Assembly (NCBI GenBank): GCA_964573235.1
Contig: CAZNIV010000001.1
Span: 3,709-67,708 of the forward strand
Source of the DNA: an uncultured Gammaproteobacteria bacterium
Lineage (GTDB): Bacteria > Patescibacteriota > Patescibacteriia > 2-01-FULL-39-33
Reading direction: 5' to 3'
DNA: 64,000 nt
Positions 9,868 through 19,568 of the stretch are shown here, in pieces. The notes beneath the pieces are model-generated. The model was not told the origin of the DNA. It ran no database searches and saw only the letters and a program-made list of their open reading frames with translations. Position numbers and translations under genes: made by a program. Position 1 is the stretch's first letter; each line of letters starts with the position of its first letter.

Positions 9868-10953
9868 TTACTTACTACTAACCAAAGAATGGGCTCCAAA
9901 GTACATAATATTTGGATAATTTGGATTGATTAATATTCGATTAACCATTCTAGAAAAAGGCAATTTAGCTGAGGACCATGTTTTGCCACCATCTAACGAC
10001 TTAACCAAGGTGGTAGCCGTTGTGTAATATACCTCATTACTATTCTTAGGATTAACCGCTACGGAGTAGATAAGAGATGGCTTAGCGGTGGTTAATAGTG
10101 ATATTAAAGACCAAGTCCGTCCTTGATTATCCGACTTAACCATACTATATTTAGAGGCAACTATCAATGAGCCACGAGTAGCCCGATCAACCACTAAAGA
10201 AACGTACTCCTGACTAGAAAAATATTGTTTTATTCCCTCGCCCATATTGGCCCACGATTGACCCCAGTCAGCTGTTTTATAAATACCACTTTCTTTAGTA
10301 ATGGCATAAATAACACTAGAATCATCTGGGTCCATTACCAAATCAATAAAGCTACTATTTTTAACTGTATAAGCTACATACCAAGACGTGCCACCATTTT
10401 CTGATTTAATAATTTCACCGCCACGATTAGCCACATATAATATAGAGCTATTTTTTATATCAATAGCAATGTCGCTCAATACAATCTTGTCATTTTGATG
10501 ATAATAAACATTATCCCAATTACGGCCACAATCTTTTGATTTTACTACGCGATTACCAACTAAAACATAAATAATACATTTATTGTTTGGGTCCACCGCC
10601 ACCGACTGCACCTGCATCTTGGCAAACTCCGGAAAAGTATTCCAGCTCAAGCCCTCATCCCAACTATAATAAACGCCATTGGCCTCGGTAGCTAAATAAA
10701 TCGCTCGATAGTCAGACGGATCAAAAACCATCCGCCTAATATCTACTCCTGCAATAGAAGCGACTTTTCCGCCAACAACCGGTATAGCTACTCGTTGAGC
10801 AAAGGTTTTTCCACTATCTTGACTACGCCAAATGCCACCATCCGCCCCTGAAGAAGTAGTACCACCACTCCCGCCTAAGCTAACCGTGCAACCCGAAGCT
10901 AATAAAACCAATCCGACTAATAAAAAACTTCCAAACAATCGCCAATATCTCAT
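9868..10953 (-). CDS. BNR/Asp-box repeat lipoprotein (7-bladed propeller; sialidase/Ycf48-like fold)
   Basis: Lipobox LLASGC; seven SxDxGxTW-type repeats (SQDSGKTF, SWDEGLSW, SKDCGRNW, SENGGTSW, TADWGQSW, SDNQGRTW, SLDGGKTW). Confidence 0.8.
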   Translation of the reverse strand: MRYWRLFGSFLLVGLVLLASGCTVSLGGSGGTTSSGADGGIWRSQDSGKTFAQRVAIPVVGGKVASIAGVDIRRMVFDPSDYRAIYLATEANGVYYSWDEGLSWNTFPEFAKMQVQSVAVDPNNKCIIYVLVGNRVVKSKDCGRNWDNVYYHQNDKIVLSDIAIDIKNSSILYVANRGGEIIKSENGGTSWYVAYTVKNSSFIDLVMDPDDSSVIYAITKESGIYKTADWGQSWANMGEGIKQYFSSQEYVSLVVDRATRGSLIVASKYSMVKSDNQGRTWSLISLLTTAKPSLIYSVAVNPKNSNEVYYTTATTLVKSLDGGKTWSSAKLPFSRMVNRILINPNYPNIMYFGAHSLVSSK

Positions 10954-12008
10954 AAATTTATAATTAAATTATCTAAAATAGTTCTAGGATTAATACTATT
11001 TCTGAGCCACCCACGAGCTTGCTCAATATACTCCATTATACCTTTTATTTTAATAAAAGAAAAATTACCCACCTGTTTTTCTAAAACCCCCAAATATTGT
11101 GAATTTACCACTAATTGTTCACTATCCCCAAGAAGTAACATCAAATCACGCAACGCCACTTGCCAATTTTCGAGCATCAACTCCATCGCCCCTACTACAT
11201 TTTCTTCATCAAAATTTTTGACTTCTTTTTCTGACCAAGATAAACGCTCACCCACCGGCAAGGCTAAAACTTCAAAAAAACTATCAATATGCGCTAAATA
11301 CTTTTCTAATTTATGTGGTTCATGCCAATAATCAATCGCTACACCCGGACGCCCATGCGACAAGTGCGCCAAATAATCGGCTTTATCTAAACCTAAGCCT
11401 TTATAAATCAAATAAGCTGAAATTTTCTTTTTTTCTACCGGCAGAAATTTAATCACTTGGCAACGCGATACAATCGTAGTCGGAATTTTTTTAATATCAT
11501 CGGTAATAAAAATAATTACCGTTTTTGCCGTTGGCTCTTCTACGGTTTTAAGTAACGCATTAGCCGCATTAACATTAACGCGTTCTGCTTCTGGAATAAT
11601 AGCGATTTTATAACTACCCAAAAAAGATGATTGCTGTAATTGTAAACGCAAATCGCGAATTTGCTCCACTGAGACATCGCGTTTTAATTTATCCGTTTTT
11701 TCATCCGTCGCTCGTTCTACTAAAAACATATCCGGATAAATACCTTTTTTAAGTGCCTGACAACTATGACAAACTCCACACGGTTTTTTACCAGCAATCA
11801 AAGCCTCTTTCGGATTATGTTGACAAATAATAGCACTAGCGAACTGTTTGGCTAGAGTTAATTTACCCAATCCCCTAGCTCCGCAAAAAATATAAGCTTG
11901 GGCTACCTTATTATTTTTCAAAGTCAAATCTAAAAATTCTACCGCCTGCTCTTGGCCGCAAATATCCCAATAATGATCAGCGATTTTAATATCAAAACTT
12001 TTTCTCAT
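10950..12008 (-). CDS. holB: DNA polymerase III delta' subunit
   Basis: Degenerate P-loop GARGLGKLT, a zinc module CGVCHSCQ, and an SRC motif. Confidence 0.7.
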   Translation of the reverse strand: MRKSFDIKIADHYWDICGQEQAVEFLDLTLKNNKVAQAYIFCGARGLGKLTLAKQFASAIICQHNPKEALIAGKKPCGVCHSCQALKKGIYPDMFLVERATDEKTDKLKRDVSVEQIRDLRLQLQQSSFLGSYKIAIIPEAERVNVNAANALLKTVEEPTAKTVIIFITDDIKKIPTTIVSRCQVIKFLPVEKKKISAYLIYKGLGLDKADYLAHLSHGRPGVAIDYWHEPHKLEKYLAHIDSFFEVLALPVGERLSWSEKEVKNFDEENVVGAMELMLENWQVALRDLMLLLGDSEQLVVNSQYLGVLEKQVGNFSFIKIKGIMEYIEQARGWLRNSINPRTILDNLIINL

Positions 12009-12017
12009 GACTATTTT

Positions 12018-13130
12018 TTATTTTAACAAACGCGCTAAAATAATTTTTGCGGTCTTTTCCCAAGAAAAATCCTTTACTCTCTCCAATCCCTTGATAATCA
12101 ATTCCTTCCGCTTTACTTCGTCCGCTAACAATTCCGCAATCTTTTCCGCTAAATCTTTTTCACTCTTCGCGTCGGCCAATACCGCCGCCACACCTGCCAC
12201 TTCTTGATGTGGATTTATATTTGAAGTCACCACCGGCACCCCACAAGCCATCGCTTCTAAAATTGGAATACCAAAACCTTCATACAGCGTAGGAAATAAA
12301 AATATCACCGCCGAACTCATGATAATTGGCAAATGTTCTTTTTTAACATAACCCAATAACAAAATGCGATTTTCTAATTTATAATCCGCAATTTTTTGCT
12401 TAATATTATGCAATTCATTACCATCACCACCTGCTAAAACCAACTTTAACTGACTATTGCTTTTGGCTAATATGTTAAACGCTTCCACCATACGAATCAC
12501 ATTTTTTTTACGCTCTATACGACCAACATATAATAGATAAGGCGTGGTAATACCATAATAATGCAATACATCAGCCGATTGATTACTTTGCTTATTATAT
12601 TGACTAGCGTCAAAACCCAAAGGGGCCACCGTAATTTTATCAGGCAAAATATTATAAAGTTTAACTATTTCCTGTTTAGAAAATTCTGAAACAGTTAAAA
12701 TAATATCTGCCCGACGTTTAATGCGCCACATCGTTAATTCATGATACCAATACTGAATTCTTTTATATAATTCCGGAAAGCGCTTAAAACCAACATCGTG
12801 AACCGTTACTGCCACTTTAATCTTTTTTGATAAAAATAAAAATGGAATCGTATGCGCCGGAACAAATAAAACATCCGGGGGATTCAATAATAATTCCCAC
12901 CATAACCTAATTTGCGTCCACAAATATTTTGGCAACCAAACTAAATGTTTTTCTAAAAAATTAACCGGACAAATTTCTAACCCACCAGTCAACGCTTCAC
13001 CTGTATATAGTAAAAACTTAACTTCTGCCGGAGCCATTTTTTTTAATTGCTCAATAACGTGATAAGAATACCACTCTACTCCGGTTTTGATTGGCTTATT
13101 GGCGCGAGAGGCATCAATCCCGATCAACAT
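12018..13130 (-). CDS. Glycosyltransferase family 4 (GT-B, retaining)
   Basis: C-terminal EGFGIPILEAMACGVPVV motif typical of GT4. Confidence 0.75.
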   Translation of the reverse strand: MLIGIDASRANKPIKTGVEWYSYHVIEQLKKMAPAEVKFLLYTGEALTGGLEICPVNFLEKHLVWLPKYLWTQIRLWWELLLNPPDVLFVPAHTIPFLFLSKKIKVAVTVHDVGFKRFPELYKRIQYWYHELTMWRIKRRADIILTVSEFSKQEIVKLYNILPDKITVAPLGFDASQYNKQSNQSADVLHYYGITTPYLLYVGRIERKKNVIRMVEAFNILAKSNSQLKLVLAGGDGNELHNIKQKIADYKLENRILLLGYVKKEHLPIIMSSAVIFLFPTLYEGFGIPILEAMACGVPVVTSNINPHQEVAGVAAVLADAKSEKDLAEKIAELLADEVKRKELIIKGLERVKDFSWEKTAKIILARLLK

Positions 13131-13134
13131 AAGG

Positions 13135-14157
13135 TTATTTAGTAGCTAAAATACTGCGCTTATAGCTTTCAAGATTTTCTAAAGCAATACCAGTGCCACG
13201 CGCTACACAATATAAAGCGTCATCAGCCACATAAGCAGAAAGACCGGTGGCTTGAGTAATTAATTTATCTATATTGCGCAACAAAGAAGATCCACCCGAC
13301 ATCACGATACCTTTATCAATTACATCAGCTGCCAACTCTGGCGGAGTACGATGTAAAACACCCTTAACCGCATTAGCAATGCCTTCTAAATCTGATTGTA
13401 ACGCCTCAGTTACATCATCTGATGACACTACAATAGTTTTTGGCAAACCCGATATCATATCGCGACCACGCACATTCATATACATTTTTTCTTCTAAATA
13501 CAAAGCGGAACCAATATTCTTTTTAATATCTTCAGCGGTAATTTCACCAATCGCCAAATTATACTTACGACGAATATATTCCATGATTGCCATATCAAAA
13601 CGATTACCACCAATACGCACCGAAGCTGAGCAAACAATGCCACCCAAGGCCAAAACCGCAATTTCTGAAGTACCACCACCAATATCAATAATCATATTGC
13701 CGGAAGCTGAGCCAATCGGAATATTAGCGCCAATCGCTGCTACAATTGGTTCTTTAATAATATAAGCCGCTTTAGCGCCAGCCGCAATGGTTGCATCGAT
13801 AACGGCACGACGCTCAGTAGAAGTAATACCATCTGGCACTGCTACCATCACCTCGGGACGAAAAATTCTTACCCCACCCAAAGCTTTATTGATAAAATAA
13901 CGCAACATTGCCTCAGTTGTTTTATAATCCGCAATCACACCCTCTTTTAGCGGCCTCTTAGCAATAATCGTATCCGGAGTACGTCCAATCATTTCTTTAG
14001 CTTCTACGCCAACTGCAATAATCTTTTTATCTGCCACCGAAATCGCCACCACTGACGGTTCATTAATTACAACACCTTTTTTGGGCAAATAAACCAAAAC
14101 ATTAGTAGTTCCAAGGTCAATACCGATTTTCTTTTGAAACAAGGAAAAAATAGACAT
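13135..14157 (-). CDS. mreB: Actin-like protein MreB (paralog 2, Mbl-like)
   Basis: IGIDLGTTNV and IDIGGGTSEIAVLALGG; full-length MreB homology; more canonical than paralog 1. Confidence 0.85.
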   Translation of the reverse strand: MSIFSLFQKKIGIDLGTTNVLVYLPKKGVVINEPSVVAISVADKKIIAVGVEAKEMIGRTPDTIIAKRPLKEGVIADYKTTEAMLRYFINKALGGVRIFRPEVMVAVPDGITSTERRAVIDATIAAGAKAAYIIKEPIVAAIGANIPIGSASGNMIIDIGGGTSEIAVLALGGIVCSASVRIGGNRFDMAIMEYIRRKYNLAIGEITAEDIKKNIGSALYLEEKMYMNVRGRDMISGLPKTIVVSSDDVTEALQSDLEGIANAVKGVLHRTPPELAADVIDKGIVMSGGSSLLRNIDKLITQATGLSAYVADDALYCVARGTGIALENLESYKRSILATK

Positions 14158-14171
14158 AAGCCAGTATATAT

Positions 14172-16118
14172 TTAGAATCTTAAACGATATTCTTTATCCA
14201 TCGATAAATCATCAACCCAATTAATAGTTTTACCCTCAAATGCACTAGGCGACTTATCTGCCTGATAGGCTTGAATCAGTTTACCGAAGTTCAGGTTAAT
14301 TTTCAAGTTATGCTTTGTACCAGGCTGTTTTTGCACTAAAATGTCAAATTTACCATTTTGATACGCCTTAATCAATTCTGGCGCTAAGCGATATTCTAAA
14401 ACTAACTTTTGCCACTTCCCCGGCTCAGTAACCATAAAAGTAGCGGCATATTTTTTACCCAAATCTTCACCAATTTCTAAATCTTTTAAAATTTCTAAAT
14501 CTTTTTGGCCTTCGGCAGATTGCAAATACGCTTTTAAGAACCAAGTGCCACTTGGTACATAAACCCGAACATAATTACGATAGCGCGTAATTAAATCGGT
14601 TAAATATTGACCATTATGATAATAAGTTAATTCTATATGCGCCACTAGGTCGCCATTTTTATCTGCCATTACGGAATATTGAAGATCGCGAGTTATTACT
14701 TGATCCGTTTTTAAAGAAGCCATATTACTATCCACCACCATTAAATAGTCACCACCATACCCCTTAACCACCCCTGACCAATTTTTATCAAAGAAAAATT
14801 GCTGTAAATTTTTATCTGTTAAATAAACTAAAATATTTTTCTCATCTATATTCTGCTTTAAGGCTAACCAAATTTTTAATAAATCCCTTGATGGCATCTG
14901 ATAAATTTCGGCCAATAACTTTTTACTCAAATCACTAATAATACTTTTGCGCTGAGTAGCACCGATGCCTTGATTTTTATAATCAAATTCCACAAACTGA
15001 TCTAAATCGGCAGCGAAGTTTTTATCATCAAATAATACATTATTAACATACATTGGCCCAATTACCGAAAGCAGGTTGGCAATAAATTCCGGAGTTAAAG
15101 CAATTACGCCATCTAAAGCAATTGGCGCTAACGAAGCATTTTTTCTTTCTTCATTAAAAAACCACAGAATTTTTTCAGCTGATTGCGACCAGTCTGGCGA
15201 CCAATTAGCGTCGCGCAAATACCATGTTTTTTGATTAATATATTTTTGCATCGGTTCTGGTGGCGTAGCCTGTAATTTACCTTGCGATAACTTGTCTAAG
15301 TTATAAATATCATCTGTAAATAAATCAGTAATCTTGCCGTCTTTAACGGTTAATAAACCATAAGAGCCAATAAATCCGCCGGTTGGCCTGATTTCTAAAT
15401 TATTTTGAAATAAAAATAAATAATGCTTTTCTTTTTGATAACCGACCAGTTCTGGTAAATTACTCACAATTGGCAAGGCAATTTCAGTATTCTCTACCAC
15501 TTGCTTCAATAAAAATCCAACACTAGCAATTTGTGCTTTAAGCGGACCAACTAACATGGCGCTATCTATTTTTTCAATAAGCACATTCGCCTCTTCAATT
15601 TCTTTTTTAGCTTCCAAAAAAGTTACTTTATTGTCATTAATCAATTGAAGCAAGGCAATGCGACGCTCATCGTTATTTAAAACTGACTTAACTATTTCTG
15701 GATTCAATTTATTCTCTAACTGACTAAAAACAGATGCTACTCTGCCATAACCAGACAATAACTTTTCTACCGATGATAATAAGGTATCAACTGCCATTAA
15801 ATTTTCTTTAACTACTGGCAACCATTGCACTGGACCAATCCAGCGTAAACTATTTTTTATACTAACAATACGCTTCTGTGCCAGTGATAAATTATTTTTA
15901 GCTAAATCAATTTTTCCACCCAATAAATCAGCTACTGCCTGATTAGCATTCTGATTTATCGCTTTAGCATCGCCAACAATTACAGAGGCACTGATTGCTA
16001 ACGGTACTAATATCAACAACAATAAACCAATAACGGCAAATAAAGCCCATCTAATCCAATGGTTGGAGATTTTTTTAACTTTAGTCTCTACTACCAAATC
16101 CGATTGTAAATCAAACAT
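14172..16118 (-). CDS. Membrane-anchored extracytoplasmic protein, DUF4012-like (polysaccharide-locus associated)
   Basis: 648 aa; one N-terminal TM segment, then a large helical/beta ectodomain; sits next to GT genes. The family name is a memory-based guess. Confidence 0.45.
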   Translation of the reverse strand: MFDLQSDLVVETKVKKISNHWIRWALFAVIGLLLLILVPLAISASVIVGDAKAINQNANQAVADLLGGKIDLAKNNLSLAQKRIVSIKNSLRWIGPVQWLPVVKENLMAVDTLLSSVEKLLSGYGRVASVFSQLENKLNPEIVKSVLNNDERRIALLQLINDNKVTFLEAKKEIEEANVLIEKIDSAMLVGPLKAQIASVGFLLKQVVENTEIALPIVSNLPELVGYQKEKHYLFLFQNNLEIRPTGGFIGSYGLLTVKDGKITDLFTDDIYNLDKLSQGKLQATPPEPMQKYINQKTWYLRDANWSPDWSQSAEKILWFFNEERKNASLAPIALDGVIALTPEFIANLLSVIGPMYVNNVLFDDKNFAADLDQFVEFDYKNQGIGATQRKSIISDLSKKLLAEIYQMPSRDLLKIWLALKQNIDEKNILVYLTDKNLQQFFFDKNWSGVVKGYGGDYLMVVDSNMASLKTDQVITRDLQYSVMADKNGDLVAHIELTYYHNGQYLTDLITRYRNYVRVYVPSGTWFLKAYLQSAEGQKDLEILKDLEIGEDLGKKYAATFMVTEPGKWQKLVLEYRLAPELIKAYQNGKFDILVQKQPGTKHNLKINLNFGKLIQAYQADKSPSAFEGKTINWVDDLSMDKEYRLRF

Positions 16119-16120
16119 TT

Positions 16121-16894
16121 TTATTTATGGTAATAATAAAGATATTTAAACCAATCAAAAATATGAATCCAAAATATTTTAGAAAAAATACCGCTAGTGG
16201 CCGATTCACGCTTATGATAATGCACAATATTCGTATCGGCAAAATACATCACCTTCCAACCACAATCCCAGAACTGCTTAGCCAACGCCACATCGCCAAA
16301 ATATAAAAATAACTTCTCGTCCATTAAACCAACTTTTATCAAGCGATCACGACGAATCATATAACAAGCACCCAAAATCCAATCTACCTGCCTAATTTCT
16401 TGATGAGAAAAATCATGCATCAAATATTGACTTGTTTTTCTTTTTCCCGCTGGTAAGTTACCCAAAAAAGTACGGCGATAAATTGGCACCATTGCTGTTG
16501 GAAACCGCATGCACGACATTTGAATTGAGCCATCGGGATTTTTTAATTTTGGTCCGACCAATGCCACATCATCATTGAATAATAAATAATCATGCATTTT
16601 TTGAATGGCACTATCTAAAAATGCAATGTCAGTATTTAAAATTAAAACGTGCTTCCCCTTAGCTTCTTTAATTGCCCAATTATTGCCCTTGTGATAACCA
16701 AGATTTTCAGTTGCCACCAATAAACGCACTTGGGGAAATTTTTCTGCCACCATTTCTACACTACCATCTTGCGAATTATTATCTACTACAATAATTTCAA
16801 AATTAGCCTGAGGCGCAAATTTATAAATCCCCCTCAAGCATTGTTTGAGTAGGCCTCTGGTTTTATAATTAACAATAATAATTGAAATATCCAT
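16121..16894 (-). CDS. Glycosyltransferase family 2
   Basis: N-terminal IIIVNYKT...VVDNNSQDGS GT-A signature and DxD-region. Confidence 0.8.
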   Translation of the reverse strand: MDISIIIVNYKTRGLLKQCLRGIYKFAPQANFEIIVVDNNSQDGSVEMVAEKFPQVRLLVATENLGYHKGNNWAIKEAKGKHVLILNTDIAFLDSAIQKMHDYLLFNDDVALVGPKLKNPDGSIQMSCMRFPTAMVPIYRRTFLGNLPAGKRKTSQYLMHDFSHQEIRQVDWILGACYMIRRDRLIKVGLMDEKLFLYFGDVALAKQFWDCGWKVMYFADTNIVHYHKRESATSGIFSKIFWIHIFDWFKYLYYYHK

Positions 16895-16895
16895 A

Positions 16896-17933
16896 TTAAT
16901 TAATCCAATGACGCAAATATCTAGCTTCCACTCTCGCCTTTTTCATGATTTTTTTGCGTTTAGCTAACATTTTTGGCAATAATTTTAATATCTGACCCAA
17001 AGCTTTAATTGAAGACCATTCTAAAAATAATATATATAATACCTTTTTAAACTCATAACCTAAAATATTCGGCCAATACTTTTTTAAATTTTCTGCTTGC
17101 AGGTTTTTTACTAACATGAACCAGTGATTACGAAAAGAATAAAAACGAGAAATTTTAGATTGTTTACGGCGCAATTTAAAAATATCCATAAACTTGCGCT
17201 TTTCTGAACCAGCCAAAGATCGTACATGATAAGCCTTAGCCATTGGCACCAAAAATGACTTCCAGCCAAACAATTGCAATCTCCAAGCTAAATCAATATC
17301 CTCTTTATAAATAAAAAAATCTTCATCAAAACACTCGCTCGTTGTGCCCTCTTGATTACCCAAACAAACATCATTCAATGCCTCGCGTTTGTAAAGAGCC
17401 AAACCGGCACAATGACCAAAAACTTCTTGATTACTAACAAAAGCATCACCATCTTGCCCGGCACCCAATTCAACAACCCGAAAGTTATTTTCTATTTTTA
17501 AACCACAAGAATCAATAATATTAGAACGCTCTAATTCATTGGTATCAGCATTCACGATTCGACTCTTTAACATTTTTCCACCAAAACTACCATACTCCGA
17601 ATATTTATCTGATTCCGCCACCGCCATGATATTTTCTAACCAATTATCCTCTAAAACAATATCCGGATTACAAGTAATAATATAAGGCGAGTTCAATAAA
17701 CGAATACCTTGATTATTAGCCTTAGCAAAGCCCAAATTTTTATTATTTTGAAAAACAGTAATATCTGGATAATTAGTTTTCAAAAATTTAACCGTGCCAT
17801 CTTGCGAGTTATTATCAATTACCAAAATTTGAAACTCCCGATGAGTTTGACGCAAAATAGACTCCACACATTCTCCAATGTATTTTATACTATTCCAAGT
17901 AACGATTTGAAATGTAATCTTTGGTGATAACAT
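16896..17933 (-). CDS. Glycosyltransferase family 2
   Basis: ITFQIVTWNS...LVIDNNSQDGT GT-A signature. Confidence 0.8.
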   Translation of the reverse strand: MLSPKITFQIVTWNSIKYIGECVESILRQTHREFQILVIDNNSQDGTVKFLKTNYPDITVFQNNKNLGFAKANNQGIRLLNSPYIITCNPDIVLEDNWLENIMAVAESDKYSEYGSFGGKMLKSRIVNADTNELERSNIIDSCGLKIENNFRVVELGAGQDGDAFVSNQEVFGHCAGLALYKREALNDVCLGNQEGTTSECFDEDFFIYKEDIDLAWRLQLFGWKSFLVPMAKAYHVRSLAGSEKRKFMDIFKLRRKQSKISRFYSFRNHWFMLVKNLQAENLKKYWPNILGYEFKKVLYILFLEWSSIKALGQILKLLPKMLAKRKKIMKKARVEARYLRHWIN

Positions 17934-17935
17934 AA

Positions 17936-19441
17936 TTAAGCTTTCTTTTCAGTTACCCAGAAACCTAGACGATACTTACCGCCCAAAAGTAATCTGGTTT
18001 GCGCTTCAATGGATGGGATCGCCCCAAAAAATACCATAGTTACTGGGAACAATACCCATTGAACTAGCATAATTAAATAATTAACAATATTATATCCCTT
18101 TGGTCGCGCTGGCAACATAAAAGTGTACATGATTGAATTAATTATCAAGCCTACCATACCAATCATCATCAAGGTTTCCAAGGTGCGTGGCGCATTCTGT
18201 AAAAAGGCTGAAGCTTTTTCATTCTGATCAGCCAAAATTAAAGGTAAGCGACCATAAATTAAAATTAATAAAGGCGCCGTCGCCCAAGAATACATACCTT
18301 CGGTTTGATTCCACAAGTAATGCAAGCGTTTTTTTAATGGCATTTTAGTATGCGCCTTAGGGCCAAAAAAATTATTCACGAGCCAGGGAAAATGCTCTAC
18401 CCCCCACGCCCAACGACGCATTTGCTTATACTGATCTTTAATGCTTTTCCAAAATGAGCCAACATAAACGGTATCCATCGACAAAGTCACGAACATTGGC
18501 ACCACTTCGTAATCACCATTATAATTAACAATCGCCTGCAAACAAATGCGCGAATCCTCGGATACAATTGTTTTATCGTGAAAGCCCACATCTGATAGCA
18601 TTTTAAAGCTCATACTATGCGAAGAAAAAGTGAGTAATTTTTCGGGACGCGATAAATCGGTTAACAACCAAAAAGTCGTGGAAGAAGCCACCACGCGCAC
18701 GATCGGGTTAGATTCCCAAATATTGTTGTTATACAAAATCAACGGTTGAAAACTGGCGTGGGTAGGATTTTTGTGCGTTAAATATTTGTAAGTTAAACAG
18801 GAAAAATATTGAATGTGCGGTAAGGTTTCGATATCAAAACAAGATACAATAATTTTTTCATAAGGGAATTGTAACTCATCAATATAAGCCTTTAAATGGC
18901 GCTCCATATAATTAACATTTGAGCCCTTGCCTGGCAATTCATCTTTGGCGCGCGGATGCACCGTAATAATTAACTTTTTAAAGTATCGTTCATATTTAAC
19001 GCGAATTTTTTCAGCACTAACCAAAAAGTTTTCTTTATCCCCTTCTTCACCACCCAAAACAATAATCATTTTATCTTTAGGATAAATGGTTTTTAACAAC
19101 TCCGCAAAAGAGCGGTCGATTATCTCATAAGGCTCTTTATAAGTAGGATAAGTGATGACATGCAAATAATCATTATAATCCTTGCCGTCTGATTGTTGTT
19201 TTAAATCTTCCAGTTTAGCCATCCAATCAATTTTAACATCATGGCGATAACGAAACCAAGAAATACCCAGCCAAACCATCATGTAAAATAAACGAAGAAT
19301 CCAATAAGTAACAAAAACAATCACAAAATAAATCGCCCAAATTGGCTTAATAAACGATAAAATAGTGAGAAAAACAAAAGTCAGCCACACTAAGGAGGCT
19401 GGGAAGAATTCACTTATTCTGGCAATAGTTGATTCCTTCAT
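17936..19441 (-). CDS. Integral-membrane processive GT2 beta-glycan synthase-like protein (cellulose/chitin/hyaluronan synthase-like)
   Basis: N- and C-terminal TM clusters flank a cytoplasmic GT domain; TED-like motif (IVSEDSRI) and QxxRW motif (QMRRWAWG). Confidence 0.6.
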   Translation of the reverse strand: MKESTIARISEFFPASLVWLTFVFLTILSFIKPIWAIYFVIVFVTYWILRLFYMMVWLGISWFRYRHDVKIDWMAKLEDLKQQSDGKDYNDYLHVITYPTYKEPYEIIDRSFAELLKTIYPKDKMIIVLGGEEGDKENFLVSAEKIRVKYERYFKKLIITVHPRAKDELPGKGSNVNYMERHLKAYIDELQFPYEKIIVSCFDIETLPHIQYFSCLTYKYLTHKNPTHASFQPLILYNNNIWESNPIVRVVASSTTFWLLTDLSRPEKLLTFSSHSMSFKMLSDVGFHDKTIVSEDSRICLQAIVNYNGDYEVVPMFVTLSMDTVYVGSFWKSIKDQYKQMRRWAWGVEHFPWLVNNFFGPKAHTKMPLKKRLHYLWNQTEGMYSWATAPLLILIYGRLPLILADQNEKASAFLQNAPRTLETLMMIGMVGLIINSIMYTFMLPARPKGYNIVNYLIMLVQWVLFPVTMVFFGAIPSIEAQTRLLLGGKYRLGFWVTEKKA

Positions 19442-19517
19442 TTACTTGATTTATGAGCTTATTTATAACATTTTTAAGCGAAAAAATCAACCCATAAAAA
19501 AGTCAGATACAAAAAAC

Positions 19518-19545
19518 ACTTCAAATTCATCAAATGAAGCATTTT
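19518..19545 (-). terminator. Weak candidate terminator downstream of gpmI copy A
   Basis: Short hairpin CTTCA...TGAAG followed by TGTTTTTTGT on the minus strand; the stem is only 5 bp. Confidence 0.3.
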
Positions 19546-19568
19546 ATCTTATAAATAAGCGATAAAAC

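Noticed and set aside
19365-19565. Plus-strand 66-aa ORF in the gap between the GT2 synthase and gpmI
   Set aside because: It overlaps the 5' end of the minus-strand synthase gene and has a Lys/Asn-rich low-complexity translation. It is more likely promoter or terminator DNA.
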